This document shows, piece after piece, positions 1 to 20,009 of a stretch of DNA of 64,000 nt. The first letter of the stretch is position 1. Every line of letters starts with the position of its first letter. The stretch lies in assembly GCA_950097015.1 (NCBI GenBank), contig CATNEN010000004.1, positions 124,001 to 188,000 on the forward strand, written 5' to 3'. Made by a program: the position numbers and the translations under genes. Under the pieces are notes generated by a model that did no database searches, was not told the DNA's origin, and saw nothing but the letters and a program-made list of their open reading frames with translations. Origin of the DNA: Macrostomum hystrix (Eukaryota > Animalia > Platyhelminthes).

Positions 1-717
1 GGCTATTAACTCTACCGGACAGGACACTACAGGACGTATCATCGCACCGAGTCTGTGAAGTTGCATTGCTTCAGCTTGGTTTCAGCGTAAGCCGTCAAGG
101 CTTACTGTATGCAGTATCCAGTATATTCTCAAGATTCTGTTTCTAATTATACTTTTTTTTGCATTTTGGCAGGTTTAGCAGTGCATGGTAGTTAATCAAT
201 TATTTGGTATTAAAAAGGAGGGGAGTGCGTTATGGTCCTTCTTAAGCTAGCTTACAGGTTAACTGAGAAGTATGGCAAAACAGAAAGAGGCGACCTGACA
301 CGGTACAAACCAGCCCACATGACGCGCCAATGACCTTTGTGACTTCCGCTAGCTGCTAATTAAGCCTCCAGCTCCCTCCGAGCTCGTGATGCGGTTTGAA
401 GATCCAATATCCCTGGCTCTAGCAGTGCAGAAGCTCGGGAAATGGGAAAGGCGCGATGCGTTGCCAATCAGCTTACTGCATGCTAACTGCGTAAATGTAT
501 CAAAGCTTTACTACGAGCTAACTAAGAGCGACATGAGTTGCTCTCTTCGATCTATGCCAATAATTTTCATACACGTCTAACACATTGGAACACATCTAAC
601 ATTACTCCAGCTGAACATTGCATTTAGCTTTTAGCATTTAGCAGAGACTTTGCGATGCATTTTTTGCAGAACATTTTCTGTATAGTAGGGATATTTTGAG
701 TATACATTAAATACAGT

Positions 718-741
718 ATACATTACATTAATGTAATGTAT
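718..741. other. Perfect 24-bp palindrome
   Basis: ATACATTACATTAATGTAATGTAT equals its own reverse complement; about 370 bp upstream of the Crypton-like ORF. Confidence 0.9.
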
Positions 742-1106
742 CTTAATCATTACGCGCCCTCAAAATTCTACATTGATGCCTGCAAAAAGCAATTATGTTT
801 ATATTGTCATTATGTAGGAAAATTCCGGGTATCAATGTCGAAAATTCCGGGCTCCATGTTGTATTATAGACGCTGTTTACCATAGACAACAAAAAGAAGG
901 AGCGTGGGTGAAATCTGGGGGTGTGAAGGCGAAGCCCACACAAGAAGGGGGCAAAGCCCCCACTCTGTATCATAGACAAAAATTTCTTTAAAAAAATTTA
1001 TTTACTTGCCCCGGCTTCCAGAGAAGCGCTGTAATTTTAACTCTGCCAGGATTTAGCAATTTTTTGACGGTCTAACCATGATCAACCATTTAATTAATTT
1101 TCCAAT

Positions 1107-2496
1107 ATGCCTGGAGAAGTTGTCTCCGGTATGTCAACCGAAGAGTTAGCTTGGATATCATCAGAATCGAACAGTCGGTATTTGGAAGAACTAAGCAAGG
1201 AATTCGCGCACAAGATGGAGTCTGAGGAGATTCAAGACGTTCCGGAGGACGTGATGCAGGAGTTGAATCAGCTTGAGCGAGATGGTCTGTCCGATTCTTC
1301 TGCACGGCAGATGAAGGAAAATGTGAACCGCTTCAAGAGATTTTTGGAAGCAAGCAAGCTGTCAACTGACCTGTTACAAAGTCTAAAGTCTATTTTGGCT
1401 GACTATTTACGCTTCTTCTATTTGAGACTGCGAACAAAGGACGAGCAGTACTATGCTCCAGCAAGTCTTATCTGCATTCGAGCCGGACGGCATCGCTTCT
1501 TCTGTCTGAACCGTCCGGATACGAGTATTAATATTATTGCGGACATTGCTTTCGCGAATGCCAATCGGATGTTGGTATCGATGGTTCACAAGTACAAGCT
1601 AGCCAATCAACCAAAATCCCGAAACAGATTTGCTGCAATTGATAATAATGACCTACAGAAAATCATGGGCTATTTTGATAGGTCAAATGGTGTCATACTA
1701 CAGCAGTAGGCCATTTTTCATCTAATTTATTATTTTGGACTGCGTGGACGAGAAACTCTACCAACGCTGACTAAGGAGAGTTTCGTGTTTTTAGAAGATT
1801 CTGAAGGCCGTGACTATGTCGCACTGAATCATGACCTTTTAAGTAAGAATTCGAAGGCATCTCTGAAGAAGACCGAATTCCATGATGCTAAGCAGGCACG
1901 CATGTATTCGGATTCCGAAAATCGAAATTGTCCCGTTGCTGCATTAAAGATGTACCTGCAGTGCCTAAACGACCTGCGCATCGAGTCGCTTTTCCCGAAG
2001 CCGTGTGTCAACGTTTCAAAAGGTACATCAGATAAGCGCTGGTACTGTGAATCCCGTACGATTGGCAAGAATACGATCGATCAACTCATGAGTCAACTTT
2101 CGAATAATCTTGGTCTTTCTAAGCGTTACACGAATTATTGTATTCGCGTAACCCACGTTACGATTTTGAAAGAGCACGGATTTTCGAATTCAGCGATTGC
2201 TAGTAACACGGGACACAAAAACCCAGAGTGTGGAACGTTACTCCAGGCCATGAGGAGAGACGCCGACTTTCGAGTAATATCAGAAGCATTTGTCCGTCGA
2301 CGCCAGTGTATCGACCGTGCGCGTTAAACGTGTGGGCCCTACTGGTGTGATGTCGATAAAGGAAACAATGTCTAACTGCAATGTTCATCAAGCCGAAGGA
2401 CAAGCTGAGTCGCCTTCGCAAGGTCCATCGATCAGTGTGAATTTTTCCGGAACATTTCAAAATTTTAAGTTCGAGATCCACGGCCTGAAGGACTAG
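1107..2496 (+). mobile_element. Decayed Crypton-like (DUF3504-type) tyrosine recombinase element, pseudogene
   Basis: ORFs 1107-1709 and 1785-2327 share a frame and are split by TAG at 1707-1709 (QQ*AIFHLIYYFGLRGRE). YR-type motifs: YAPASL..IRAG, FGLRGRE, CPVAALKMYL, IGKNTI..LM, YTNYCIRVT, GHKN. A QSVERYSR segment with the likely catalytic Tyr lies in a shifted frame (2224-2247). The tail (FSGTFQNF.FEI) is in ORF 2290-2496. Confidence 0.8.
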
Positions 2497-3344
2497 TTGA
2501 CCTGCAGTCTGATAGTTTCGATAATGAACTGCGAATAAGACAAACTTTTACTACGAGTAACTGCATGGTTGTTTGAATGTTTGAATGTTTGAATGCTTGA
2601 ATGCGTATGTTTCTATGTTTCATCGTTATTTCCTATTTAAAATTAAAATATACCATAGATATATTCAAGGCAAAAGTGTTCTCATTGACGCCCCGAAAAA
2701 TCATCGCTATGCCCGCAAAAGTTAATGACAATACATGAACTTTACTGAAAGTATATTCCGCAAAATTCGTAGGCTATATACATATGCAAATCAAGCAATG
2801 ATCTAAGATAAACCCGACAAAGACAGGTGTCTAAGAGTAAACACGTTCCTTTCCATTCTGAAAGTGAATTTAGGAAGAAAAAAAGTTCAGAAAATCATGT
2901 GGCACAAGCCAATAAGAATTAATTTCCTGACAGATTTTGCAACATTTTTCCTATATTGGCTTCTTTAGTATAAATTACGAATTATAGAAAATCGTGCAAT
3001 ATAAAGTCTAACTCGGATTGCCCACTGCGAAACTAGTGATTCGAAGTGGACTCTCGTTCATATATAAATCAATAAGTACGAGTATATTTTAGCAAGAAAT
3101 TCAAAGCAAGACCTGTGTAAATTATTAAGCGTGTCACGTGACAAGCGTACTTAGTTTTTAATGGTGCTAAATGCGCTCTGACTGCATTGATAACAGTATT
3201 TGCTTTCAATACTGTTATACTGTGATAAACAATAGGATTTGTATTTGCGGTGTTAGATCCAACTTATCTGTGCTGGTGGCGATGCTGGAAGAAGCACATT
3301 CGCATTGTTGGGGACGCCGTAGAGTGTTGATTGCGTCTCGGCGG

Positions 3345-4095
3345 TGTTGGAGGCGGTCATATCGATGTTAGAAGGGTCTTGGTGGTGTTGGACGCGGTCT
3401 TAGCGGTGATAGAAGGGTCTTGGTGGTGTTGGAGGCGGTCTTAGCGGTGATAGAAGGGTCTTGGTGGTGTTGGAGGCGGTCATATTGATGTTAGAAGGGT
3501 CTTGGTGGTGTTGGAGGCTGTCGTAGCGGTGTTAGAAGGGTCTTGGTGGTGTTGGAGGCGGTCTTAGCGGTGATAGAAGGGTCTTGGTGGTGTTGGAGGC
3601 GGTCTTAGCGGTGATAGAAGGGTCTTGGTGGTGCTGGAGGCTGTCTTAGCGGTGTTAGAAGGGTCTTGGTGGTGTTGGAGGCGGTCTTAGCGGTGATAGA
3701 AGGGTCTTGGTGGTGCTGGAGGCTGTCTTAGCGGTGATAGAAGGGTCTTGGTGGTGTTGGAGGCGGTCTTAGCGGTGATAGAAGGGTCTTGGTGGTGCTG
3801 GAGGCTGTCTTAGCGGTGTTAAAAGGGTCTTGGTGGTGTTGGAGGCGGTCTTAGCGGTGATAGAAGGGTCTTGGTGGTGCTGGAGGCTGTCGTAGCGGTG
3901 TTAGAAGGGTCTTGGTGGTGTTGGAGGCGGTCATATTGATGTTAGAAGGGTCTTAGTGGTGCTGGAGGCTGTCGTAGCGGTGTTAGAAGGGTCTTGGTGG
4001 TGTTGGAGGCTGTCGTAGCGGTGATAGAAGGGTCTTGGTGGTGTTGGAGGCGGTCTTAGCGGTGATAGAAGGGTCTTGGTGGTGTTGGAGGCGTC
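3345..4095. repeat. Minisatellite, 41-bp unit, about 18 copies
   Basis: Unit GTGATAGAAGGGTCTTGGTGGTGTTGGAGGCGGTCTTAGCG; period 41 (3401 to 3442). Confidence 0.95.
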
Positions 4096-5449
4096 GCGGT
4101 GGTATTGAGCGCATTGAAGCACTTAAGATGTCAAAGTGAAGTGTTAAAGCAGAGATAGTAAGTGTTCGCTGACAGTTGAATTTTCGTTCCGCTGTAGCCT
4201 GTGATGACAACAGCGAAGTGAACAGCAAAATGCATTGCGAACAACGCAATCGTAATCCGTAGCTCTAGATCGGCATATATGTAATATGAAATGCGTGCAG
4301 ATTTGTGCGAAAAAGAAAACCCGAAGTGGAACCCCGAAAAAGCATCAATAAAACGAGCCGATCTGAGGCTTGTTTGATCTGTATCAATCGGTTGGCCTAG
4401 TAGCGAATCGGTCATTCAGCTAGCAGTGGCAAGCACATTTGTTCCCACCGTCATTACTGGTATCGCGCCACGATAATGTAGAGGCTTTCAGAAGAAAAAC
4501 AGATGAGATACAGATGGCTGATAGGCTCGGAGTTTTAACAAAGAAATAAGAGTACTGTTTTACCATATGCTACTAGTACTCGAATACTCGTACATGACTC
4601 ACAAAGTAGTGTACATTGGTTGGGTCGGGTCGATTCGTCGATTCGGCGCGACTTTTGAAGACTTATAAGTTTTATGCTAAATTATTTTTATCTAAGAATT
4701 CAAGATTTGGGATGAGAAATAGAAAGGCAGGTTCGGACAACATAATCAAAAGAATCGAAAAAAAGTCGCGACAACTTAATTATTCAGATTATATTTCTCT
4801 TCAGCATGATACAAGCTCGCATTGCTGATTGCCCAGCGCCATCAAAGCTTGTATTAAAAACAACAGGTTTGTTTGCTTATATCTTTTGAGAACATTAGAT
4901 GCAAGTTAGCACAACCGTTTCAAGTGAGCTAAATCGAACCAGTTTTTATGCCAGCTTAAGGTAGCTTTGCTTATTTATATGACAAGTGCTCAGCTAATAA
5001 TGATTGAGCCTTAAAAAACGACAGTTTTTAGCAGCCTAGACAGTGACGAATCAATTTCCTTGATTCACTCTATAGCCAGTTCTACAAACTGCATTAAATG
5101 ATTGAATTAAGGAACCTGCGAACTTGCTTGCAGCTTCACTTCAACGCGATCCAGTCATCTAGAAAAACATTTCCCAAATTAAAAAAATCACCACTTCTTT
5201 AAAGTGACTGCAGCAGAATTCTTAACAAGCAGGCGATATAATGTCAATGATGCTGATGATAAATAGTAGAGGAAGTGACAAAGTATTTCAAAACAAAAGT
5301 AACGCTACTACAAATTACGGAGTAATGGATTGTGCGAACACGCTAGAGTTAGCTTCTAACTGAGGTACTCAGCTCAGAGTGAGCATGGGCTGCTGGCCCT
5401 CTCTCCAACTTGACCTAATCTCCCTTTACTCCTCCATCCCTCCCTTCAA

Positions 5450-5690
5450 TACCCTACACCATCCCTCCCTTCAATACCCTACATCATCTCTCTATGCAAT
5501 CCCCTACATCATCTCTCTATGCAATCCCCTACATCATCTCTCTATGCAATCCCCTACATCATCTCTCTATGCAATCCCCTACATCATCTCTCCCTGCAAT
5601 CCCCTACATCATCTCTCCCTGCAATCCCCTACATCATCTCTCCCTGCAATCCACTACATCATCTCTCCCTATGATCGATAATCCCCTACA
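5450..5690. repeat. Minisatellite, 25-bp unit, about 8-9 copies
   Basis: Unit ACATCATCTCTCTATGCAATCCCCT at 5481, 5506, 5531 and onward. Confidence 0.95.
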
Positions 5691-6483
5691 TTAATGACTG
5701 CAATACTCAGCAAATACTATAAGTACAGAACATCTAAGAACGTTTAGAATAAAGTGCATTTCATCAGATCCAAAACTGAAGTGGCAAATAAAAGTGCAAT
5801 CGCTAGTGATAAAAGCCTAGTTGGGATAAAATTTATTGTAGAGCAGGCGGTATTAATCTACATAAACTGCTTAAAACATTAAACAATACTACTTAGTACA
5901 AAGTCTATTCTAAATGATTCTAGAATGTTACTAAATAAAAGTACCTAACGCCTATTAAGCTGAACGATTCGCAAGATGTGAAAAGCTTGTTGAATTGTGA
6001 AAAGCTTATAGTGGACATCAATACTAGCCGAGAAATGACAAACCGTTGTTTTGATGCTTGAGACCAAAAGCGTCAAGAAAGAAAATGACACGTGGAAGAG
6101 AGATCGAGTAGATTGAAGCAGAAAGTCAGATGAAATCAAGTCCTAAGAAGCAGGAAAAAGAAAAAGAAAATTTAGTAATTTTGTGTAAGGACAAAGATGA
6201 TCTTGAGGTCATTTTCTCTTCCGTCAATCTTCTAATAGCAGCCCAGAAAACAAGCAAAACACCGCAAAAAATACGAGCGAAAAATGGAGAACAAAAATTC
6301 GCTACCGAAGAAAAAAATCTAAATATTATTTTGAGTGTGCCAGCAGCAGCAGCAGCAGCAGCAGTATAGGCAGCATCACGTGTTTGATTGAGGCAACCTA
6401 GCTAATTATGTCAACTGGGTCAATTATCAGTTATTATATCGGCGAGCTGGAATGCCGCCCAATTGGGATATCGACGAATCGGG

Positions 6484-6790
6484 ATAATAATAATAATAAT
6501 AAAAGGGCAATTCTGCCCATTTCGCTGACTCCTGAGCACACACGCACACAGATGCTGTACGAAAGCATACGCTCACACAGGTGTGTACATCTGCCCTGAT
6601 TTTCTCATCGTCAGGCAGTGTACACTCTCACTGTACCTTGGAGGTTGGCCCTCAAGGGTGAAAATTGCACGTCAAGCCCCAAAGCCTTCTCTCCGCGGCT
6701 GCGCCCCAATTTAATGTGGCCTCGCCGCGGAATCGAGCTCAGGGACCTTGGTGCGAGAGGCAGACGCGTTACCCGCTCTGCCACCAAGCC
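6484..6790 (-). mobile_element. tRNA-derived SINE-like element (family B), single copy
   Basis: Minus strand begins GGCTTGGTGGCAGAGCGG (A box) and has GCTCGATTCC (B-box-like) in a ~73-nt tRNA-like head with a degenerate anticodon arm, then a ~230-nt body and a (TTA)n tail at 6484-6501. Confidence 0.65.
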
Positions 6791-7126
6791 TAACATAACA
6801 TAAAAAACACCGATTTATTAATGAAATTTAAAATTACAACCAAAAAGCCATTCAGCTAGCTGAGTTAGAAACAGGAAAACTTTACGGGGACGAACAGCAT
6901 AGTTGATAATGGGCTACAACTGCGCTCAAATATACATCATGATAATCAGTAGGGCTAGACTATTCGAAAATAAAATTTTAATAAAAACGCTAAGAAAAAA
7001 ATCTTTGGAGTCTGTGTGCAGCAAAGCTGAAACACAATGAAAACAAAAACAATCAAATTAAAATTCGCTCCAGATTAATATTAGATTGAACAATAACTGC
7101 ACCAGAACTAAATCGGCCAATTTTAT

Positions 7127-15601
<8,475 letters not shown>

Positions 15602-18251
15602 GCTCCTTTGGAATTATAACGGCTGTCTTTTAGGAGGTGGGGGCGAGCAGCGGAGCTTTAGGAGCTGCCGCAAACTGAAGACAAGCGTCACACAAAAAGT
15701 CGGGCGTTGATTCTTTGTGCGTGCCCGCTATTGTGTTGCTGATAAGAGAATTAGAATATATATATACTTGGGAAGAGAGCCCTGCAGGAACGTATAAAGG
15801 ATGATAAGCTGTCAGGCGGCTCAGTGGGAGATTTGGGGATTTGAGAATAGTGCCGAAGGGAAGGCAATAGAGATAGAGTGAGGGACAGGCAGCCCGTATG
15901 ATGGGAAGGGATTAAGAAATTCTACTGGCCGGTGGTTGGATGGGAGCGCGCAGGGGCACTGGGTGGGGAAAAATTTACACCAAATTGCAGAGCGGCAAAG
16001 GACAGGGAACGGCTCAGAGACCTAAGTCTGTATTCCACTTTACTCAACAGACTCATAAGGCATTCTTGGCTCCTTTAGCGCTCCTTTCCGCTGCCTATTC
16101 ATAGAGTTGACCGGGCAGTAAAGCACAAGCAGTCAATGGAATTTGGACACAGCGCTCCACTCACAACATAATACTACGCAGTGCTATGCTGCTACATGTT
16201 AACTTCAAGATTAGGTCTGTCTTAGAGAACACGTTTTAGGAGATGCAGTACTTTTCAATCTATCTCTTTTAGGCAACGCATTTTTCATACGTTCTATCTA
16301 ATCTCTATCGGTCGATCAGACGGTAGCTTGCATACAGTTCATACCACTAGGAATAATAAATTTCGCTACTCTAGGTGCCATGCAGACGCTATGGAGCAAG
16401 TATAACACTGAACTGCCTCTGCCGGTTGATAAAGACAAGGAAAGAAATGAAAGCAGGAAACATATATGCTCATGGCAACTCATCTCCCAGAACAGTCGCG
16501 CACTCCCAGTGGACAATATGCATTATTTTATGCATAGCTAAATATGAAGTCGCAGTGGCGCCATGGCAGAGAGCACTTTACTCCACGGGACCACAGGCAC
16601 TTCGGTCGAGCATAACTACAGGCGTGCCACAGCTGTGTCAGGCTCTCTCCCTCCTTTCACAGTCGATCTCTGCCACTCTGCCTCCGCCACATCATCAACT
16701 CCAAGCTCCGTATAAGTGCGACTGGAAGCTGAAAAAAGCACAAAAATTCAATCAAGACGACCTCGCGAGGCGGCATTGGAGAAGAGAAAAAGCGGAGCCA
16801 GGAGTGTGTTGGTCTGGGCTAAAGTGCTTGCGACCAACACTTGTTGCTGAGGCAAGCAGGCGCCGTACGAATAAGAATGATAAGCGACGGGTGGGAAGCT
16901 GTCTTGAGGGCAGTGCATTGGCAGACCAGCGGTAACATGGCTCTTGATAGCTCGGCCTATCCAACTACTCTTTTAGTAAGAAAATTGTTCAGACAGACGG
17001 ACACGTCTGACAGGCTTCACATTTCCAACAGATCCAAGTCAACTGACTAGTCCAACACCTTCCATCAACAGATTGAAGAAGGACAAGTGAGTGCGTCCAA
17101 TTAAGCCGAAATATTGAGGCACTTGATAGCTATTAGGTCACGAATTGTAGGAATAGCTGCTATATGTGATGAAACTCATGTTTGCTAAATAAATATTAAG
17201 CTATCTGTAGATACCAACCAAAACTTTTTAATCTTTATAATACAAATAAAACGTAAGTATGCTTCACAATAATATGATTTTACTTATCTATGCCACATAG
17301 ACTCAAAGTTCAAGAAGCAAAGGAGAAATAGTAAATTAGAAGAAAATTTGCATAGAGACATTGAGTAAGTCTTGTACTTATTTGAGAATGAACTCATGAA
17401 TTTGAGTAGAAGGTCCGATTAGTTAGCCGCGTTAGTCAGGAAGGGATAAGAAAAGAATAGTTGGCCAGCACTAGTATGGGGGGGAAGTTGCCAGCCCAGA
17501 GATTTACTATCGATCCGAGAGAATCGAGGCCGGCCTAAAGAAGTAATAAGGACAGAAATGGGAAGAGATCGCAAATTTTCCGCGAAAAGAGAAATTCTAT
17601 AGGATGGGCTAGTTCGTATAGGGGCAGCGCTATAGAAGAGTTAGGCCTGGGGTTTTTTGGGCACTTAGGCTAACGAGACTTTTGACGGCTTTGGTCAAGT
17701 CGCTGACTGGATGCGGTCAAGTCGCTAAGTCAACTTGTTGGAGAACAAAAATTAGAAAGTTAAAGAGCGATTTGAACTAGCGGAAGGTCTTAGAGAAAGT
17801 CGTACACCGCGTACCTTCCCACCTAGCTGTGAAGCCGCAGCATTAGCCGGGGTAGAAATTAGGGTGGGTGTGCCTGTTAGGGTACGAAGCCGCGACTGCC
17901 AGTGAAGGCATAAAGTGTCTAGGGCCAAAGCCTATGTAAAGAAAGCCAGCGTTGCTAGCTGAAGGCTAAAGCGCTGGATTGCGATAAAGGTACGGATTGC
18001 GGGCACAAGAATCCTGGACCGAAATAATAAAAAGCACAGTTTTCCTTCCGCCTCCGTTTAAGTAGCTGACAACTATAAGAATGCTAAGAGTCCATGGACA
18101 GTTGCACGTAGCCTTCAGACACGGCTGTGCATACTAGCTGTACATCTGGCCCAACTAGTTGAAGTGTTATCTCCGTCTTCTATCTATCCGATTTGCTAAC
18201 GTTGCTAACTCCCCTCTATGAGTGGCACTGATTTATGAGGACAAATAGCAA

Positions 18252-18437
18252 AATTATTAATTACACCTGCCCTATCATTACTTACTGAGATTCTGTTACC
18301 AATTTAACAACTGGGTGAACTGAAACTATGTAGAGTTAAGTGTCTTGCTAAAGGACAAACATTGTTATAGTGGAGTCAGTAATCGAACCCCCGACCTTCA
18401 AGTTGTGAGCCCGACGCTCTAACCACTAGGGTAGTCC
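18252..18437 (-). mobile_element. tRNA-derived SINE family A, internally deleted copy
   Basis: Minus: CCCTAGTGGTTAGAGCGTCGG..GGGGGTTCGATT head, TAGCAAGACACTTAACTCT..CACCCAG core, then directly the GGCAGGTGTAATTAATAATT tail also seen at 54246. Confidence 0.85.
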
Positions 18438-20009
18438 AACCGTTGATAACAAAAGAACTGCACTCAGATACATGAGCAATGTGCTATTGTTTAATTGCAG
18501 CCCACCAACGTTCTTTAACAAGCAAGAAGTACGGCGCGTCATTTTAGGTTTTATTTAGAGAGCGGAAGATCAATATTCCTTTTTAGTGCAATGCCTAATA
18601 ATAATGAGCCTAGTTAATCAATACTGTGAGGGAAAAAATTGCCAATCGAACCAGAATAGCGTTCGCTCTACCTTTTGCTTATTATCCTTCTGTGCCTTAA
18701 GCTACAAAAAGACTCCAATGCAAGACTCCTTCTCAACCGATAAGATAATTTCTAGTTAAAGTAGTGCTTATAATTCTTGTAACTAAGCTCCTAGTTTACA
18801 ATGATATTTTGTACAAGTGTAGGAGCGTTTACCAAAATATCGATCCAATTATCAGCTAGCCTAGGCTCTGAAGAATGTTGTATCAAAGCTAGCGGGTAGA
18901 GATAAGCAAATATAGATTCTGACTGGCTGGAATCACACATTTTTTGATCTACTGAAAGTAATATAGAGCGAGTAAAACACAGACAGTAACCCAAATGTAC
19001 ACACAAAGCTACTAACCTTGCGAATCAATATGGATGACAACGGAGGAAAGTGATTTGAGTAGCTTAGTAGAATCCTGGGAGGACACGAACTCAGAACTTT
19101 GCAAAACGGCAAATCCAATATACTCAGTAGGGCGGCTCAAAGTTTATATCAAGCTGCGAATAGAGAGAGAGAGGAAGAGAGGCAAGGAACCGTTTTTACT
19201 TTGTTAACCAATCGAAGACCAGCAAATGCTGACACAGTTTAGGCACAGTGTAAGGAGCAGGGTGAAGTGCTTCAAAGCAGCAGTTGAAGCTTATTGATAA
19301 GATAAAATTTAGTCATGTAGGCATGGGAAAGAGCCATTGATACTGTAAAGCAGTGAAACAATTGGGACACCAAACAGCGTGTTAGCCTATATATGCAAGC
19401 TAAATCTATAGTTTGCATGCAAACAACTCATGTTCAAGCTGTTTATAACTCGCAGTAAAACCAACCCACCTGAAATTAAGACACAGTGAGGCCTGTATGC
19501 TCCGGATGCTCAGGTGTCAGCGGTCTACTGCTAATGCATCAATATCCGCAGCCCCTTACAGCCCCGTGAATATGAGTTAGCTTTAACCAGTCATATTTAA
19601 CTGTACACATAAAGCTTTCCTTCATTCAATTTGCTTGAATCACTAAACTAAAACTAAAGAGAAACTCAGAAAATCAGTCGGGATAAGGACAGAAAATGCT
19701 ATCTCGGACTGTAAATGTTCTAATTAGTGCTCTTGTGAAGTAGGAGAGGAGAGCAAAGTGATGGCCAAGTTATAGCACTTCATCTATTCCCAGAGAATAT
19801 GCAATTAGAGTACGATGAGGAGGGACGTTATATGAAGCTCAGAGAGATTTTAGAAGTAATTCAATTCTAAAAAATCCTAATCCATATCCTAGATTAATCT
19901 ACCTGGAAGCTTTAACCTTGCCTGAAAATCCTACTTTCTACATTGCTTCTATTTGTTAGAAGCTTGCGATGGTTTTAGAATCACTAGACAAAATGCAGGC
20001 AAAATGTGA

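Noticed and set aside
6130-6369. 79-aa Lys-rich ORF ending in poly-Ala
   Set aside because: No recognisable homology; the poly-Ala is a (GCA)n microsatellite in AT-rich sequence.
6408-6418. Single TGTCAACTGGG, the reverse complement of the Helitron 18-mer core
   Set aside because: One 11-mer with no flanking similarity; compatible with chance.
16375-18100. ORFs of 186, 69 and 70 aa and moderately GC-rich sequence upstream of AHCYL1
   Set aside because: No recognisable domain and frequent stops in the frames I checked; possibly a decayed TE, but unsupported without a database search.
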